Assembly (NCBI GenBank): GCA_051362555.1
Contig: CM120647.1
Coordinates: forward strand, 16,282,651-16,346,650
Length of the DNA stretch: 64,000 nt
Direction of reading: 5' to 3'
Source of the DNA: Lingula anatina
Taxonomy: Eukaryota > Animalia > Brachiopoda
How positions within the stretch are numbered: position 1 is the first letter of the stretch; every line of letters starts with the position of its first letter. The notes below the pieces were generated by a model that saw only the letters and a program-made list of their open reading frames with translations, was not told where the DNA came from and ran no database searches. Shown here piece after piece: positions 50,401-61,943 of the stretch. A program made the translations under genes and the position numbers.

Positions 50401-53400
50401 TATTGAACTTGAATAGGAAGTCATATACTGGCATTATAAATGTGACATTAAAATTTACCTTTGTCCTACTTTTCACCATAAACTGAACTTTGCAAATTTT
50501 GCTTCCCTTTTATCTCCAAAACTGGCAGAGATAGGTCCATAGTTACTATTGAACTTGAATAGAAAGTCATATACTGGCAATCTAAATGTGACCTTGAAAT
50601 TGACCTTTGACCTACTTTTTATCATGTACTGAACTCTGCTAATTTCTTTCTCTTTTAACTTCAAACTTGACAGAGATAGGTCCATAGTTACTCTTGAACT
50701 TGAATAGGAAGTCATATACTGGCAATTTACTGTGACCTTGAAATTGACCCTTGACCTACCTTACGAAGAACTTAAATTTGATTGTACCATATATATTTTT
50801 TGCAATAGTTTAAAAATTCTTGTTGATTGCATTTTTACAGCTTGTCAAGCACAAAACTGGTGGCTGTGTCCCTTATTTTGTGTATGTGGGGGTCTATACG
50901 AATGCGCTTGCTCCAGCTGGTGGTACAATATTCGGAGGCGGTATCGCCTCTCTGATCCTCTAGTTACTTTATTGTTTTTTCTTTCTTTATTAATTTTGAG
51001 GGGGTGTTGAATTTGTTCAAATTTACTGGATAATTACGGTAGGATAAATATTGAACTTTGCCTGCCATTATCCTCATAAAAGCAGCTTGAATCTTTTGGG
51101 ATCTTACAAAAAAGTGAACTATTTGTACTGGGAAATTTGTTTATGCCTTGGGGGATAGTATTTCGTGACATAAACATTTTTTTCTGTATTTCAAACTTTT
51201 CTTAGGTCTCACATGGTTGTGGAAGTTTTTTTTTTTTTTTTTTTTTTGATTGGGATCAATAAAGTTGGAGCAGTATGTATAAACTTAAGGACTTTTCTTC
51301 TTGTAAAATTGATGCTTTAGGATGCAACTCATCTGAATAAATGCAATCTTATTTTATGAGCAATTTTTACATCTGTACCAAATGCTATAATTACTTCAGA
51401 TCTGAGAAGCCGTCATTCTGCAAATATTTGGTGCCTCTTTTTGAGATTTTTATTTTTAATTTTTTTTTAACAAAATGCTTGAATTGACAAAAATATTTTA
51501 TTTGAGATCCAACTTCCATCAAACATCAAGCCTTTTTTTTGTAACTGACATAAGAAAATATTAAATTCAAGACTGAGGGGTTAATGGCGTCAGTCTCGAC
51601 ATTACCAGATAAAAAACATAGCGTGTGATTGGCTGGCATTGAACAGCTGGGATGAAATAACAAGTTTAACAGGGGACGTTTGTGTGATTATGAAAACAAT
51701 TATCTCTGTGCACATCTGTTAACGAAAGCTATTGCCACCTACAGGCATTCTCAGTCCTTTTTTTTTTCTCAAACCGCAAAAAAAAGGAAAAGCAACTTTC
51801 TACAGTTTTTACCACAGATGAAAGACTAGCTAGCTTGTCCCTAAACGGATCTTGCCCAACAAAAAAATTTAAACAGAAAATAGAATGTATTGAATGTCTT
51901 TAAGGTTACTTAGAGAATGTTAGCCATTATCAAGAGGGATTTAATTTGGAATCTTTGAAGTTCTAATTTAAAGTTTTTGCATCAATTTGTTTAACTTTTT
52001 CCTCACTTGGAAAAAAAAAGATCACCAACTTCAGCAAATGTTTTACCTCCTTTTCCACCTTTGTCATTATTTGAGAGGGGAAAAAACCATGTTATTTTTA
52101 ATGACAGTAACAAGGGAGAAAAGTTTACATCTGAAAGCATATAATGTCTGCCTGTATCCTTTCACATTCTACAGCTCTTCCTAAATACCCGTAGCCTGTT
52201 TCACCTAAAAATATTAGGTTGAACATTTAAGCTAAAGGTTTGGTGTACTTTATATCAAGATAAATCCAAAGTAATCCACTTAGATAAAGTGAATATTGGT
52301 CTTGAATATTGGCAGTGTATTCCTTGTATAAATGACGCAAATTTCATGTAATTGGACAACTACTGATTTATCTGGAATGTTATGATTTTCCTCCTGAAAA
52401 ATTCATCAAAATTAGTGGAAAACTGTTCGAGCTGTTTTGTTTGTGCTGTTGCTATGATGTAAGTTAGAAATTGTAAGTGTTGGAACTCAGACAACACAAT
52501 AATGTGTATGCAAATCATAATTAACAGGCATTATGTAGTCTCGAATAGTTTTAAAAAAGAGGAAATACACTTGATGCACCCAGAACTGTTTGCCATATTG
52601 GCCATAAGGAAGGTGGCTACAGGCATGAAAGGCTTGTAATATAAATACATTAGTGTCTTTTTTTTTCTCTTCAGCAACTGCCAAAAAATGTCACAACTTT
52701 TTTTAAGTAAGCCATAAACGATACTGTTGCCATCTTGGGGGATATTTATCTTCCTCCTTCTGACCCCCCTCCTCCCAAAATAAATATCAGTCCTAGTTTC
52801 CTGCTTTATCAAAATATTTTTTCATGCGATATATTTTTTTATTTCAAGAATTATGACTTCACCATCAAAGAACCAGAAATGTGCATTATAACAGAAATTT
52901 TATTTTAAAAAATTTTCTATAGCTCGGATTTTTTCTAGTTAGGTACAAATTGATGTCTTTTTAAAGATACAATTTGATGTCTCTTTGTGTGAGTCAAGAT
53001 GAACATCCTCGAATCTTTTGTCGACTGTCTGTAATATTCACAATTATGGTAGCGAAACTGATGTATCACTAGGTCTTAACAGCGTAACTATCTCATGAAC
53101 CCTGTTCACCAGTGGTCCATGAAGTGAAGCTACTTGCTCACTTTTTCCCATGCCCTTAACCCTGTGAACAAAAGTGAAGACCGCCTTTTGTCTGGGTTGC
53201 CCTTTTTAATCTTCTTTCATCTCTCCAATATTGTGAATAACGGCTTGGGCAAAAAGTGGGGTTTAAAATTGCTGTCACTGCTGTTTTTTTACATGTGCCT
53301 TTTCAGTATGTTATATTTATATATATTCTTGGTCACTTGTAGATCTAGGATTTTGCAATTTTTAGAACTTTTAGATTGTAATAAAGGTGAAAAAAAGCCA

Positions 53401-53897
53401 GTGGTGAATAAAAGGGGGGTTAGGTGCAACATTATAAATATTCAGGTATATGATCAATTTGTGGTCATTTCCTGAACTCAGTTTTAAAAAAGTCTATTTT
53501 TTACAGAAGAGATACAGACAGTATTAAGATAAAACAATACAGAGCAAGGTGAGGTCACAAAGTGTTAAATCATGGCTGAAATGTAACCGTTTTTCTTCTC
53601 TTTTCCCCAGGTTACTTTGGCAAGTATCTCAATGAATACAATGGTACATACATCCCACCAGGTTGGAGGGAATGGGTCGGTCTTATCAGGAACTCCAGGT
53701 ATGTGATTGTCTTCAGTTGTATTTCATTTTATTTTAGCTGATATGCTCACTCTATTTATTTGCATAGAGTTGAAATATTTTAATGGAATCCTACATCTGG
53801 GCATTATTTTTGAATAACATTCTTCATTTTTTTAGCTGTTTAGGTTAGTTTTTCATTCAGTTATATTTCTGTTTAATTTTTGATTCTAATTTGATAA

Positions 53898-53928
<31 letters not shown>

Positions 53929-54459
53929 TGAAATGAATTAACATTACCTCATATTTCACTCCCATTTCACCACCTAACACTCCCTCCCATATTTATCTTC
54001 AACAAACACATTTATGAAGAACTTGTTTCCATCTTAATAAATATTTGCTGTTGCCGTGGTATCAAGATTTATGTAATCAGCCTCATTGCAGCCTATGTTT
54101 AAAAAGTTCTTTTGGTTTGTTGCGGGTATCTCAAAGAACAGTTGTGAATTGTGTTCAGTTGATTTATGTTCCCTTTTTTAAATAATCATGAAGTACTTGA
54201 TTTTTAGTCTGATTTATGACTTATTTTATTACATGCTGTTGCACACTGTCTAGTCATTTAATGGGAGTTTTGTTGGGTTTAGTCGCATAACTTTATTCAT
54301 TGATGTACTTTTTATGATAGAAAATTAATGTGTCAGATTGTATTATTTCAAAAGTGCTAATATAAAAACTTTTATGGCCATTTCTGTCTTTTGTTAATGA
54401 TAAGTTCAATTTTCTTTCTTGATTACTTGGATTTATGCCTTTTAGAACAAACATTCATT

Positions 54460-54498
<39 letters not shown>

Positions 54499-57400
54499 TT
54501 CAATTGTTCATGTTTTAAACTGATTTTTCAACTACAGGTTCTACAACTATATGATCAACTTCAACGGACAGAAAATTCGCCATGAAAATGATTATTACAA
54601 GGATTATTTCACAGATCTTATTGCAAATGACAGTGTAACATTCCTCAAGCAGTCCAAAAGATATTTTCCAAATAGGTAAGACATAGTTATACATATTACT
54701 TTAATTTTTGTCTAAAAATTAAAAATTAAGATTAAGGCTAGTAAGAACTGTTGAATTTCCAGATGTGCATTTGAAATATTTGAAAAAAGGACCATGTACA
54801 TGTTCAATACTAGCATGCTTTTAAAGACTTCTTACTGTTAAATGTACACTGTTCTTACCATTATAATATGTTGCTTTTGTTCAAGAGATATTTGATATTG
54901 TGATCAATTTATCAAGTCTGTTTGTTTTGTTTACAGACCTGTTGCCATGGTATTGAGCATGCCGGCCCCCCATGGACCAGAAGATGCAGCCCCTCAGTAT
55001 CAACATTTGTTTGAAAATGTCACAGCTCATAGGTAAAACTTAGGAGAAAATACCTTTACCTTTTATGATATGTCCATGGCATAATTACAGCATTCTCACT
55101 TTCAGTAGTTTCTGTAACCAATTGTGGGAGAAAGAAACAGAATGATAATAAAGAAGGAAAATAGTGAACTTAATTAATAAACTCAAGTGGCATGTTTTTT
55201 TTTGTTTTTTTTTTCTTGTACTGTTATTCATCCAAGTATGATCTATTCAGTTAAACTCAATTTTATCAATTAAGTTAAACTCAGGTAAATGGCATGGTTT
55301 TTTCATCCTATCATTTAGCCATGTGTGATTTTATTCAATCCATGTATAACTGCCCTTTTCAGGACCCCTAGCTGGAACTATGCACCAAACCCAGACAAAC
55401 AGTGGATCCTGCAGTACACAGGGAAGATGGAGCCCATCCATATTGCCTTCACAGATATACTGATGAGGAAGAGATTACAGACGTTACAGTCCGTGGATGA
55501 TGCTGTGGAAAAAGTAAGATTTTTTGTCTGTCTGTCTGTCTGTCTTTTTGTGTTTCCCTGTCTTTGTGTCAGTTGACAGACTCGCTGACTGTTTTTTCCA
55601 TCTGTCTCTCCTTATCTTTTTGGTCAGTGCAAGTTCTGAGGACAGAAAAACAACTTCATCATTATTTTCCTGCTTGAAAATTGCTTAATAAACAATCATC
55701 AAATTGGAAAAAAATATTCAGGTGCACATTTCTTGTTATATAAGGTATATACAGAGCTGAAGAATTTGGGAGAACTGGACAACACATACATAATCTACAC
55801 ATCTGACCATGGCTACCACTTGGGGCAGTACGGGCTGCTAAAAGGGAAGGCAATGCCGTATGACTTTGACACCAGGGTACCCTTCTATGTGAGAGGGCCA
55901 GGGATTGAAGGTGGCATGAGGTGAGTATGGATGGAACATCCTGAATTTCAAAGGTTACTGGGGCCTCTCTCTGGGTGAGAGGATCAGGGATTTAAGTACC
56001 AATCTCTGTAAGAATCAGAAATATAACACAGGGGCATTGGAACATGACCCTCTCAAATTTTGTTTTCTTTTAATTTATTGTGAAGAAATACGCCAAAAAC
56101 TAATAAATTGAGGCCAAAAAGTTGCATATTTAAAATAGTTAATAAAGAGCGTTTTATAGTTAAGCTTGAAATTTTCCTCCCATACACTTTCCTATATAAA
56201 ACTGGAGATGTGGTAAGAATGGGACACCTTGCATTTCATTGGTTATTAGAGAGTTTATCTGTGTAAGAGGTAGTAGAATTGATAATTAGGGATAAGGGTA
56301 GCATCAGAGAAAAGTTTTAAAGTTTTTGGACATAACAAAGGTGTCAGTGTGTATAACAGGACCTGAGTTTGATAGTTGTTGTCTTTCTTTAACTTCACTT
56401 AACCTGTTATTTCAACTCTCATATAATTTTTATCAATTTTTTTGTTTTCAGCATGAATGAAATTTTAACCAATGTTGACATAGCACCTACAGTGTTAGAG
56501 ATGGCTGGTATTAACATTCCAGACCACATTGATGGGAAGCCTTTCTATAAACTGCTTCTGTCCAAAAATGAAGGATCTGAAAACTTTTCACCTCTTTGGA
56601 GAGACACTGTATTGATAGAGAGAGGGTAGGTTGCTCTTAATTTCTCCACGACTTTAATTTTTTTTTTCATTGCAGAACATCTTAGTTAATTGTTTGGAAA
56701 AGTTTGGAAAAGTTTGGAAGTTGTTAAGAGATGTTAAATACTTCACTCTCACACTCACAAACACAAAACATTTCTGAGACCACATTCAGATTCACACATC
56801 ATACTAGTTGGGTCAGTCCAACTCAGTCCTAGCTAAGATAAATTTTGGAAAAGATGAAAACAGTAGCACAATGGGCAGAAATAATCTATGCACTGCAACA
56901 TAAACAGTTACATTGTACGAAGGTGAAACAAAATGAACTTTTTTTACAAACACATGAATGAATAAAAATATGATTTTTCCTTTTTTCCTCTCATATTTCA
57001 GGAAAATCAATGGGAAGAATGTGAAGATTCGCGAACAGATAGAGTACCACAGTGTTCCTGGGCTGAAGAAAGAGGCGCGTCTTGCCAAGGAGTGCCGGGA
57101 CCCGGCTTTTAAAGCCCCATGTAAACCAAAGCAGGTTTGTAGAGGATCTTTTTATCTTTTGCTTCTTTATATTATACTCTTTGTATTTTTTTGTAATAAA
57201 TAATAAAAAGTATAATAAAAAGTATTATTTGATAAGTTATATATATATTTATAATTTGGGTCTTAATCATTGCAAATTAAATGAATAGTTAAATAAATGA
57301 TAGTGTGAAAGAATAAATAAATAAATTAATTAATTAATGAATAAAACTTTTTTTAGAAATGGGTGTGCACTCAGCTTCCTGATGGGAGATGGAGGAAAAC

Positions 57401-60400
57401 CAAGTGTCGTCTGTCAGACGTGGTGAGCAAAGAAAAACGCGCTAAGTGCGTCTGCCCTCCCAAGAAAATGAGGAAAGATGAGAGAAGAAATCAAAAGCAG
57501 TTCCTGAAGAATTTTGTTAATCAGCGTAAGTTTACCTTCCAAGCAGCTTTTCAAGTTAGAATTTATAGCTCAAGAAAGCAAAATGATATATTTGAATAGG
57601 ATGTCATTTGAAAATTGAAATATATTAGTGAGTACAGAAGTTCATTGAAATTTTCATCCTAGTTTTTATTGAAAGTTCAATTTATGTATGGTATCCTGAG
57701 ATCCAGTGGGCAGAGTGCTATTAAAATTATATCAAAAAATATTTCCCTATTAATTTTAATCATTTATTACACTCCATAGCTTCCATGTTAACTGGCACCA
57801 AGTTCATCAAGAACCGTTCTGGTCGGTCAATAGATGATAATGAATTGGAGGAAGTTGACCATCAGATGGCTGCTGACCACGCCATTACCACGCTGGAGAC
57901 GGTGGTCACTCACTACGTCCAGAAACGTGGGGCCAATAGGAGGAGAAAGCATGATAATTGGAAGTTTGGTTTGCAGTCTGATACTCCAGAGGGTAAGAAG
58001 AAAGGAAGTTTTAATATCACCAATATGAAGTTTCAAGATCGCCAACATAAAGTTCTGTTTTAAAAAAATTATAAGTATAGTTATAAGTATGTTATATGAA
58101 AAGATGTCTCTTATCTCCCTTCCTTCTCTCTCTCTGGTTTTAGTAACAATATGTTATTCTTCATACAGGATCACTGAACTACAGAACACTGTGCACTGTT
58201 GGTTCTAACAACACAGTGGCCTGTGACCGCTCCATCTACTCCAGTAAACAACTGTGGAAGATACACAAGGACGAGGTCAATAAACTGATAGAGCATTATA
58301 AGGAGAAAATAAACATGCTGAAGGTAATGAAGTACAAATTTCTATTTATTTATTTATTTTAATTCAACAGAAGAATGTATGTAGAATTGGTCAATCTGCA
58401 ATGTTTGAAATTTCCATTTTCAGTATGAAAAATTCTAAGGTCAAGGTAGCATTTATTGAGTACGAAAAGTAATATTTGGAGCAAAAAGTTAAGTCATGTC
58501 TTATTAATTGATTCCCAGGAAATCAGAGAGCACCTCAGAATTGGAAAACCATCAGAAGCTCCTCCTGCATTTGGTGTAACCAATAGCAACAAAAGAGGGG
58601 GCCGGATCCCCACCACCTCAGAAACTTTCCCAGCATTCCCTGAAACCAGTGCGGACAAAGACTACAGTATTCCCCAGAACCACATCTACACAACTGATGT
58701 GCCTCCAACTTCATCAGCTGTTGTTATTGGCAAGGGCGAGGACTGCGTGTGTGAAGATGCAAGCCTGAATGAATCCGTAGGCGATATTGTTGAAAATACA
58801 GTGGTGCCTAGGTCAGTTACTATTATACATGATGGAATATACTTAAAGTGATAATAACTCTTCGTTTCGGCCAAAAAATGAATTTTCCTGGAGTTAACAA
58901 CAATTTTCCCATACTTACCAAGGGTTAATGAATCCATTTTTACATTTAAAGTTAGTCCCTGGTTTTTTTCTAAAAAGTTTGTTTTTTTGTTAAAATCTCT
59001 TAAGAGATTTTAACAAAGTATAGCCATCAATGGAGGTCACGTGGTCTAAAGACAAGCTCAGATATCAGAATAATAGCTATAACTGCCGTTTTTGTGGTAA
59101 AACGGAATATATTATATTTCTATGAGTTATTCACAATGTTTTTATTGTGAAATATAGATCTCATACGAAGAGTTATTATCCCTTTAAGCTATGTATTTTG
59201 TGCAAAATTGAAGGGTATGAATTAATATTAAAAGTTCATCCTTTTTAGGGAATGCTTGAAACAAGAGCAATATATTCGCCTGAGTGGTGTCTTGTATTAA
59301 CATTATCCTCAAATTTTGACGGGAAAAAATCATCGATTCAAAAAATTCTTTTATTTTTGTTTTATTCATACCACCATATTGACCTAATTTTTAACCCTAA
59401 TAACTTCAGGCCATCTAGAAAACCAAAAAAAGAAAGACGCAAAAATCGCAAAAACAATAAAAGGCACAGAAAGCGCAAGAACAAGGACGTCACGAGGGAC
59501 TGTCACCAGTTTTCAATGAAGTGTTTCACCCATGACAACGACCACTGGCAGACCCCTCCACTGTGGAACCGTGAGTATTCCAGGAAATTTTTATCATTTT
59601 TTAAACAGAATTTTCGTGAAAAGACACTTTGTCTGGATGTATGTAGCTATCGCCTGTATCTGTTGTTGGTGTTGACGGCACTTTAAGTGTGCATTTCCTG
59701 ATAAAAAGATAACATTAATTGCTACCTGTTATTCTCAGACTTGCAATAAAGGTTCTTAGGGCTAAAATGCATCTCAGGTTTTAAAAATAAGTTTGATTGG
59801 TTCATTTTCAATCAAAACAAACTTGAATCACTCCAGCATCTTTCATATAACCTAGCTTTTTCAAAAATAAAAACATGATTTTGTTTTGTTTCATAAGTAT
59901 AAACTTTGTTGATATATAGCTAGAGAATGATGTAAATACTTTCACTGGGTGCTTAAAATTTTACATTTTTCTATTTTCAGTGGGTCCATTCTGTTTCTGC
60001 CCTAACTCCAACAATAACACATACTGGTGTATACGGACCATCAATGATTCTCACAATTTCCTTTATTGTGAATTTATAACAGGGTTTATCAGCTATTATG
60101 ACTTCAATAGAGACCCTTATCAGGTAAGAGCATAGATGTAAAATCTGACATTTAAAAATAATACGTAGATATTTAAATGGTAGAACTCATAGACTAAAGC
60201 ATAATTACACGTTGATAAGACAGTTGACCTTGTTGTTTCATGTTACATTTTTTTTTTTACCATCACATAATTATAATTTAAACATTTAAAAGAATGATTT
60301 AACTATTTCACCTTAGAAATATTCATTCTTTTTATGAAATGTTTTATTTCAACTAATCTTATGTATCAATTGAATTCATAAATAAACATATTTCAAAATA

Positions 60401-61024
60401 CATCTGGTATTACAACATCTGTCAAACCCCCAAAAATATTAAACCCAAATATAAAGTAAGATATTTGGGTTCATGTAATTTTTACATAAACTTATCATAT
60501 GCCACTATTTCAGCTAAGAAATGCTGTACATGATTTAGAATACTGGACACTACAACAATACCACAAGACATTAAATAGGCTTAGGGCATGTGCAGGACCA
60601 AGGGAATGTACTATAAGATCTGGACAATATACAGGTGAGTGAAAATTCATGACTATAGGTAGCATTGCAAGACAAGCATAATCCTAATACTTATTAAGAT
60701 TGGTTTGGAATATTGGCACTTAGAATACTAGGAAAAAGTGAAAATACAGCTTAAGCAGAGTTTTAAACATGACAGTGCTCAAAATGCATATTTTTTCTGC
60801 CTTATGTCTTGTTAACAATAGAATAACGTCTGTTAACAAAAGGAGTCCATCTTTAATTATATGTAAAATATGGGTAAATTAGTGGAGTTGCCTGCTCTGC
60901 TTTAGTTCAAGATTGCATCACTTTTCACTTTGAAAAAGTACTGAACTTTCTCTTTTTCTCTTCAGAAAAGAAAGAAAAAGCTGGAAGGCATGGACGCCGC
61001 CCTCCGGCTAACCACCACCTATAG
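40957..61024 (+). CDS. SULF1: Extracellular sulfatase Sulf1/Sulf2 homolog (heparan sulfate 6-O-endosulfatase); join(40957-41425,53611-53698,54538-54675,54937-55032,55363-55513,55745-55920,56452-56625,57002-57134,57357-57525,57780-57992,58169-58323,58519-58811,59410-59570,59981-60123,60514-60634,60966-61024)
   Basis: Signal peptide; [13 protein letters not shown]; formylglycine motif [11 protein letters not shown]; [10 protein letters not shown]; PHGPED; [11 protein letters not shown]; basic hydrophilic domain; [15 protein letters not shown] and [12 protein letters not shown]. All exons are GT-AG and phase-compatible. Confidence 0.95.
45009..50965 (+). mobile_element. Full-length Helentron-associated element (HINE) ~5.95 kb in Sulf intron, carrying a satellite array
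   Basis: 5' hairpin TGTACCACCAGCG-ttag-CGCTGGCGGTACA (45010-45039); GC-rich microsatellite-like tract ~45055-45098; 3' subterminal IR GCTGGTGGTACAA (50916-50928); hairpin GAGGCG-gtat-CGCCTC (50935-50950); terminal CTAGTT; T-rich flanks. Confidence 0.85.
45985..50760. repeat. 146-bp satellite array (~33 monomers) with a 1313-bp 9-mer higher-order repeat
   Basis: CTCCAAAACTGG at 45991, 46137, 46283...; identical ORFs recur at 46235/47548/48861 and near-identical ones at 47042/48355/49668 (period 1313). Confidence 0.97.
53611..53698 (+). CDS. SULF1: Sulf exon ([21 protein letters not shown])
   Basis: ccccag acceptor, AG|gtatgt donor. Confidence 0.95.
54538..54675 (+). CDS. SULF1: Sulf exon ([10 protein letters not shown]...[11 protein letters not shown])
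   Basis: tacag acceptor, AG|gtaaga donor. Confidence 0.95.
54937..55032 (+). CDS. SULF1: Sulf exon ([13 protein letters not shown])
   Basis: tacag acceptor, AG|gtaaaa donor. Confidence 0.95.
55363..55513 (+). CDS. SULF1: Sulf exon ([12 protein letters not shown]...SVDDAVEK)
   Basis: tttcag acceptor, AAA|gtaaga donor. Confidence 0.95.
55745..55920 (+). CDS. SULF1: Sulf exon ([11 protein letters not shown]...RGPG)
   Basis: taag acceptor, AG|gtgagt donor. Confidence 0.95.
56452..56625 (+). CDS. SULF1: Sulf exon ([13 protein letters not shown]...[10 protein letters not shown])
   Basis: tttcag acceptor, GG|gtaggt donor. Confidence 0.95.
57002..57134 (+). CDS. SULF1: Sulf exon (hydrophilic domain start, ...PCKPKQ)
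   Basis: tttcag acceptor, CAG|gtttgt donor. Confidence 0.9.
57357..57525 (+). CDS. SULF1: Sulf exon ([17 protein letters not shown]...)
   Basis: ttttag acceptor, C|gtaagt donor. Confidence 0.9.
57780..57992 (+). CDS. SULF1: Sulf exon ([10 protein letters not shown]..., hydrophilic domain)
   Basis: catag acceptor, G|gtaaga donor; RxxR furin-like site. Confidence 0.85.
58169..58323 (+). CDS. SULF1: Sulf exon ([12 protein letters not shown]...WKIHKDEV...LK)
   Basis: tacag acceptor, AAG|gtaatg donor. Confidence 0.9.
58519..58811 (+). CDS. SULF1: Sulf exon (EIREHL + Pro/Ser/Thr-rich segment + CVC)
   Basis: cccag acceptor, AG|gtcagt donor. Confidence 0.85.
59410..59570 (+). CDS. SULF1: Sulf exon (basic cluster, [15 protein letters not shown])
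   Basis: ttcag acceptor, C|gtgagt donor. Confidence 0.95.
59981..60123 (+). CDS. SULF1: Sulf exon ([21 protein letters not shown]...DPYQ)
   Basis: tttcag acceptor, CAG|gtaaga donor. Confidence 0.95.
60514..60634 (+). CDS. SULF1: Sulf exon (LRNAVHDL...[10 protein letters not shown])
   Basis: tttcag acceptor, G|gtgagt donor. Confidence 0.95.
60966..61024 (+). CDS. SULF1: Sulf last coding exon ([19 protein letters not shown])
   Basis: Long pyrimidine tract + ttcag acceptor; in-frame TAG at 61022-61024. Confidence 0.75.
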
Positions 61025-61115
61025 CAGTATCCTGGTTCACCACACACTGATCTCAGAAGATTATTCCAAAAGTACGTTGGAAATTTTGATGAAAATATGG
61101 GTCGTCCTAATGATA

Positions 61116-61164
<49 letters not shown>

Positions 61165-61894
61165 CTGTGTTGTTTCACTTCTTAACAATTGTTGCTTTTC
61201 ATTAACTGTTAAGACACCTGTGCCATGTTGAAAAGAAACACCATATGGTTTTCTCTCTGTCTCAGAACTAATTGGTTCTATTCATTTATTCTTTATTTTA
61301 TTTTATTTTATTTATTTTATTTTATTTTATTTTATTTTTTTTTTTTTGTTAAGTGGATTCAAACAGTATGTGTTTCTGGTTTATGACAAATTTCATTTTG
61401 AATTGTTTTTATTATTATTAATTAATTATTATAATTATTATTATTATTTATTTTTATTTTATTTTATTTTATTTTATTTTTATTTTTTTGAATGTTTCCA
61501 GGATAACTTTATGATCGAGTGAATTAATTTGGATTTTTTATTTATTTCAGATTTCTCATTTCATTTCATTGTATTGAGTAAGAAAAGCATGTGGTACCAT
61601 CAGCTGAGGAAAACACAGACCTGGACTTCACAACTTCTGGCAATGGTGTTATACCTGGTACTCCCAAAACTTGACACTGATACTGTTGAACATTGCAGAG
61701 GATCTGAGGATAGAAGAAAACATGTGATAAAGTGAGACTTAGCAGTTGAATTAATGTCACCAAGTTTGCGTTGACAAAAGAAAACTATATTCTGGAGGAA
61801 GTATTGGAAAAGAACATGTAGTGATTAACAAAGAAATATGGGATTTTAATAAAGAAGGTGAAAAACAAATACTGCCAAAGCAAAATCAGTCAGG

Positions 61895-61943
61895 TTTGAC
61901 CCTACAGCAGATAAAATGCCATTTTATCTGCTGTAGGGTCAAA
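61895..61943. repeat. Perfect 49-bp palindrome (24-bp arms, 1-nt spacer) in putative Sulf 3'UTR
   Basis: TTTGACCCTACAGCAGATAAAATG-C-CATTTTATCTGCTGTAGGGTCAAA. Confidence 0.95.

Noticed and set aside
46235-50715. Repeated minus-strand ORFs ([23 protein letters not shown]...)
   Set aside because: By-products of the 146-bp satellite; the unit length is not a multiple of 3, so frames shift each monomer
45985-50760. CRISPR-like array
   Set aside because: Contiguous tandem monomers with no unique spacers, no cas genes, and a eukaryotic context
59025-59110. Possible tRNA-derived SINE head (TGGAGGTCACGTGGTCTAA); similar weak signal near 55960
   Set aside because: No convincing B box or cloverleaf; too degenerate to call
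60990-61205. [13 protein letters not shown] as Sulf C-terminus
   Set aside because: The upstream exon's phase-1 junction selects a different frame ending at TAG 61024; this ORF runs into poly-T
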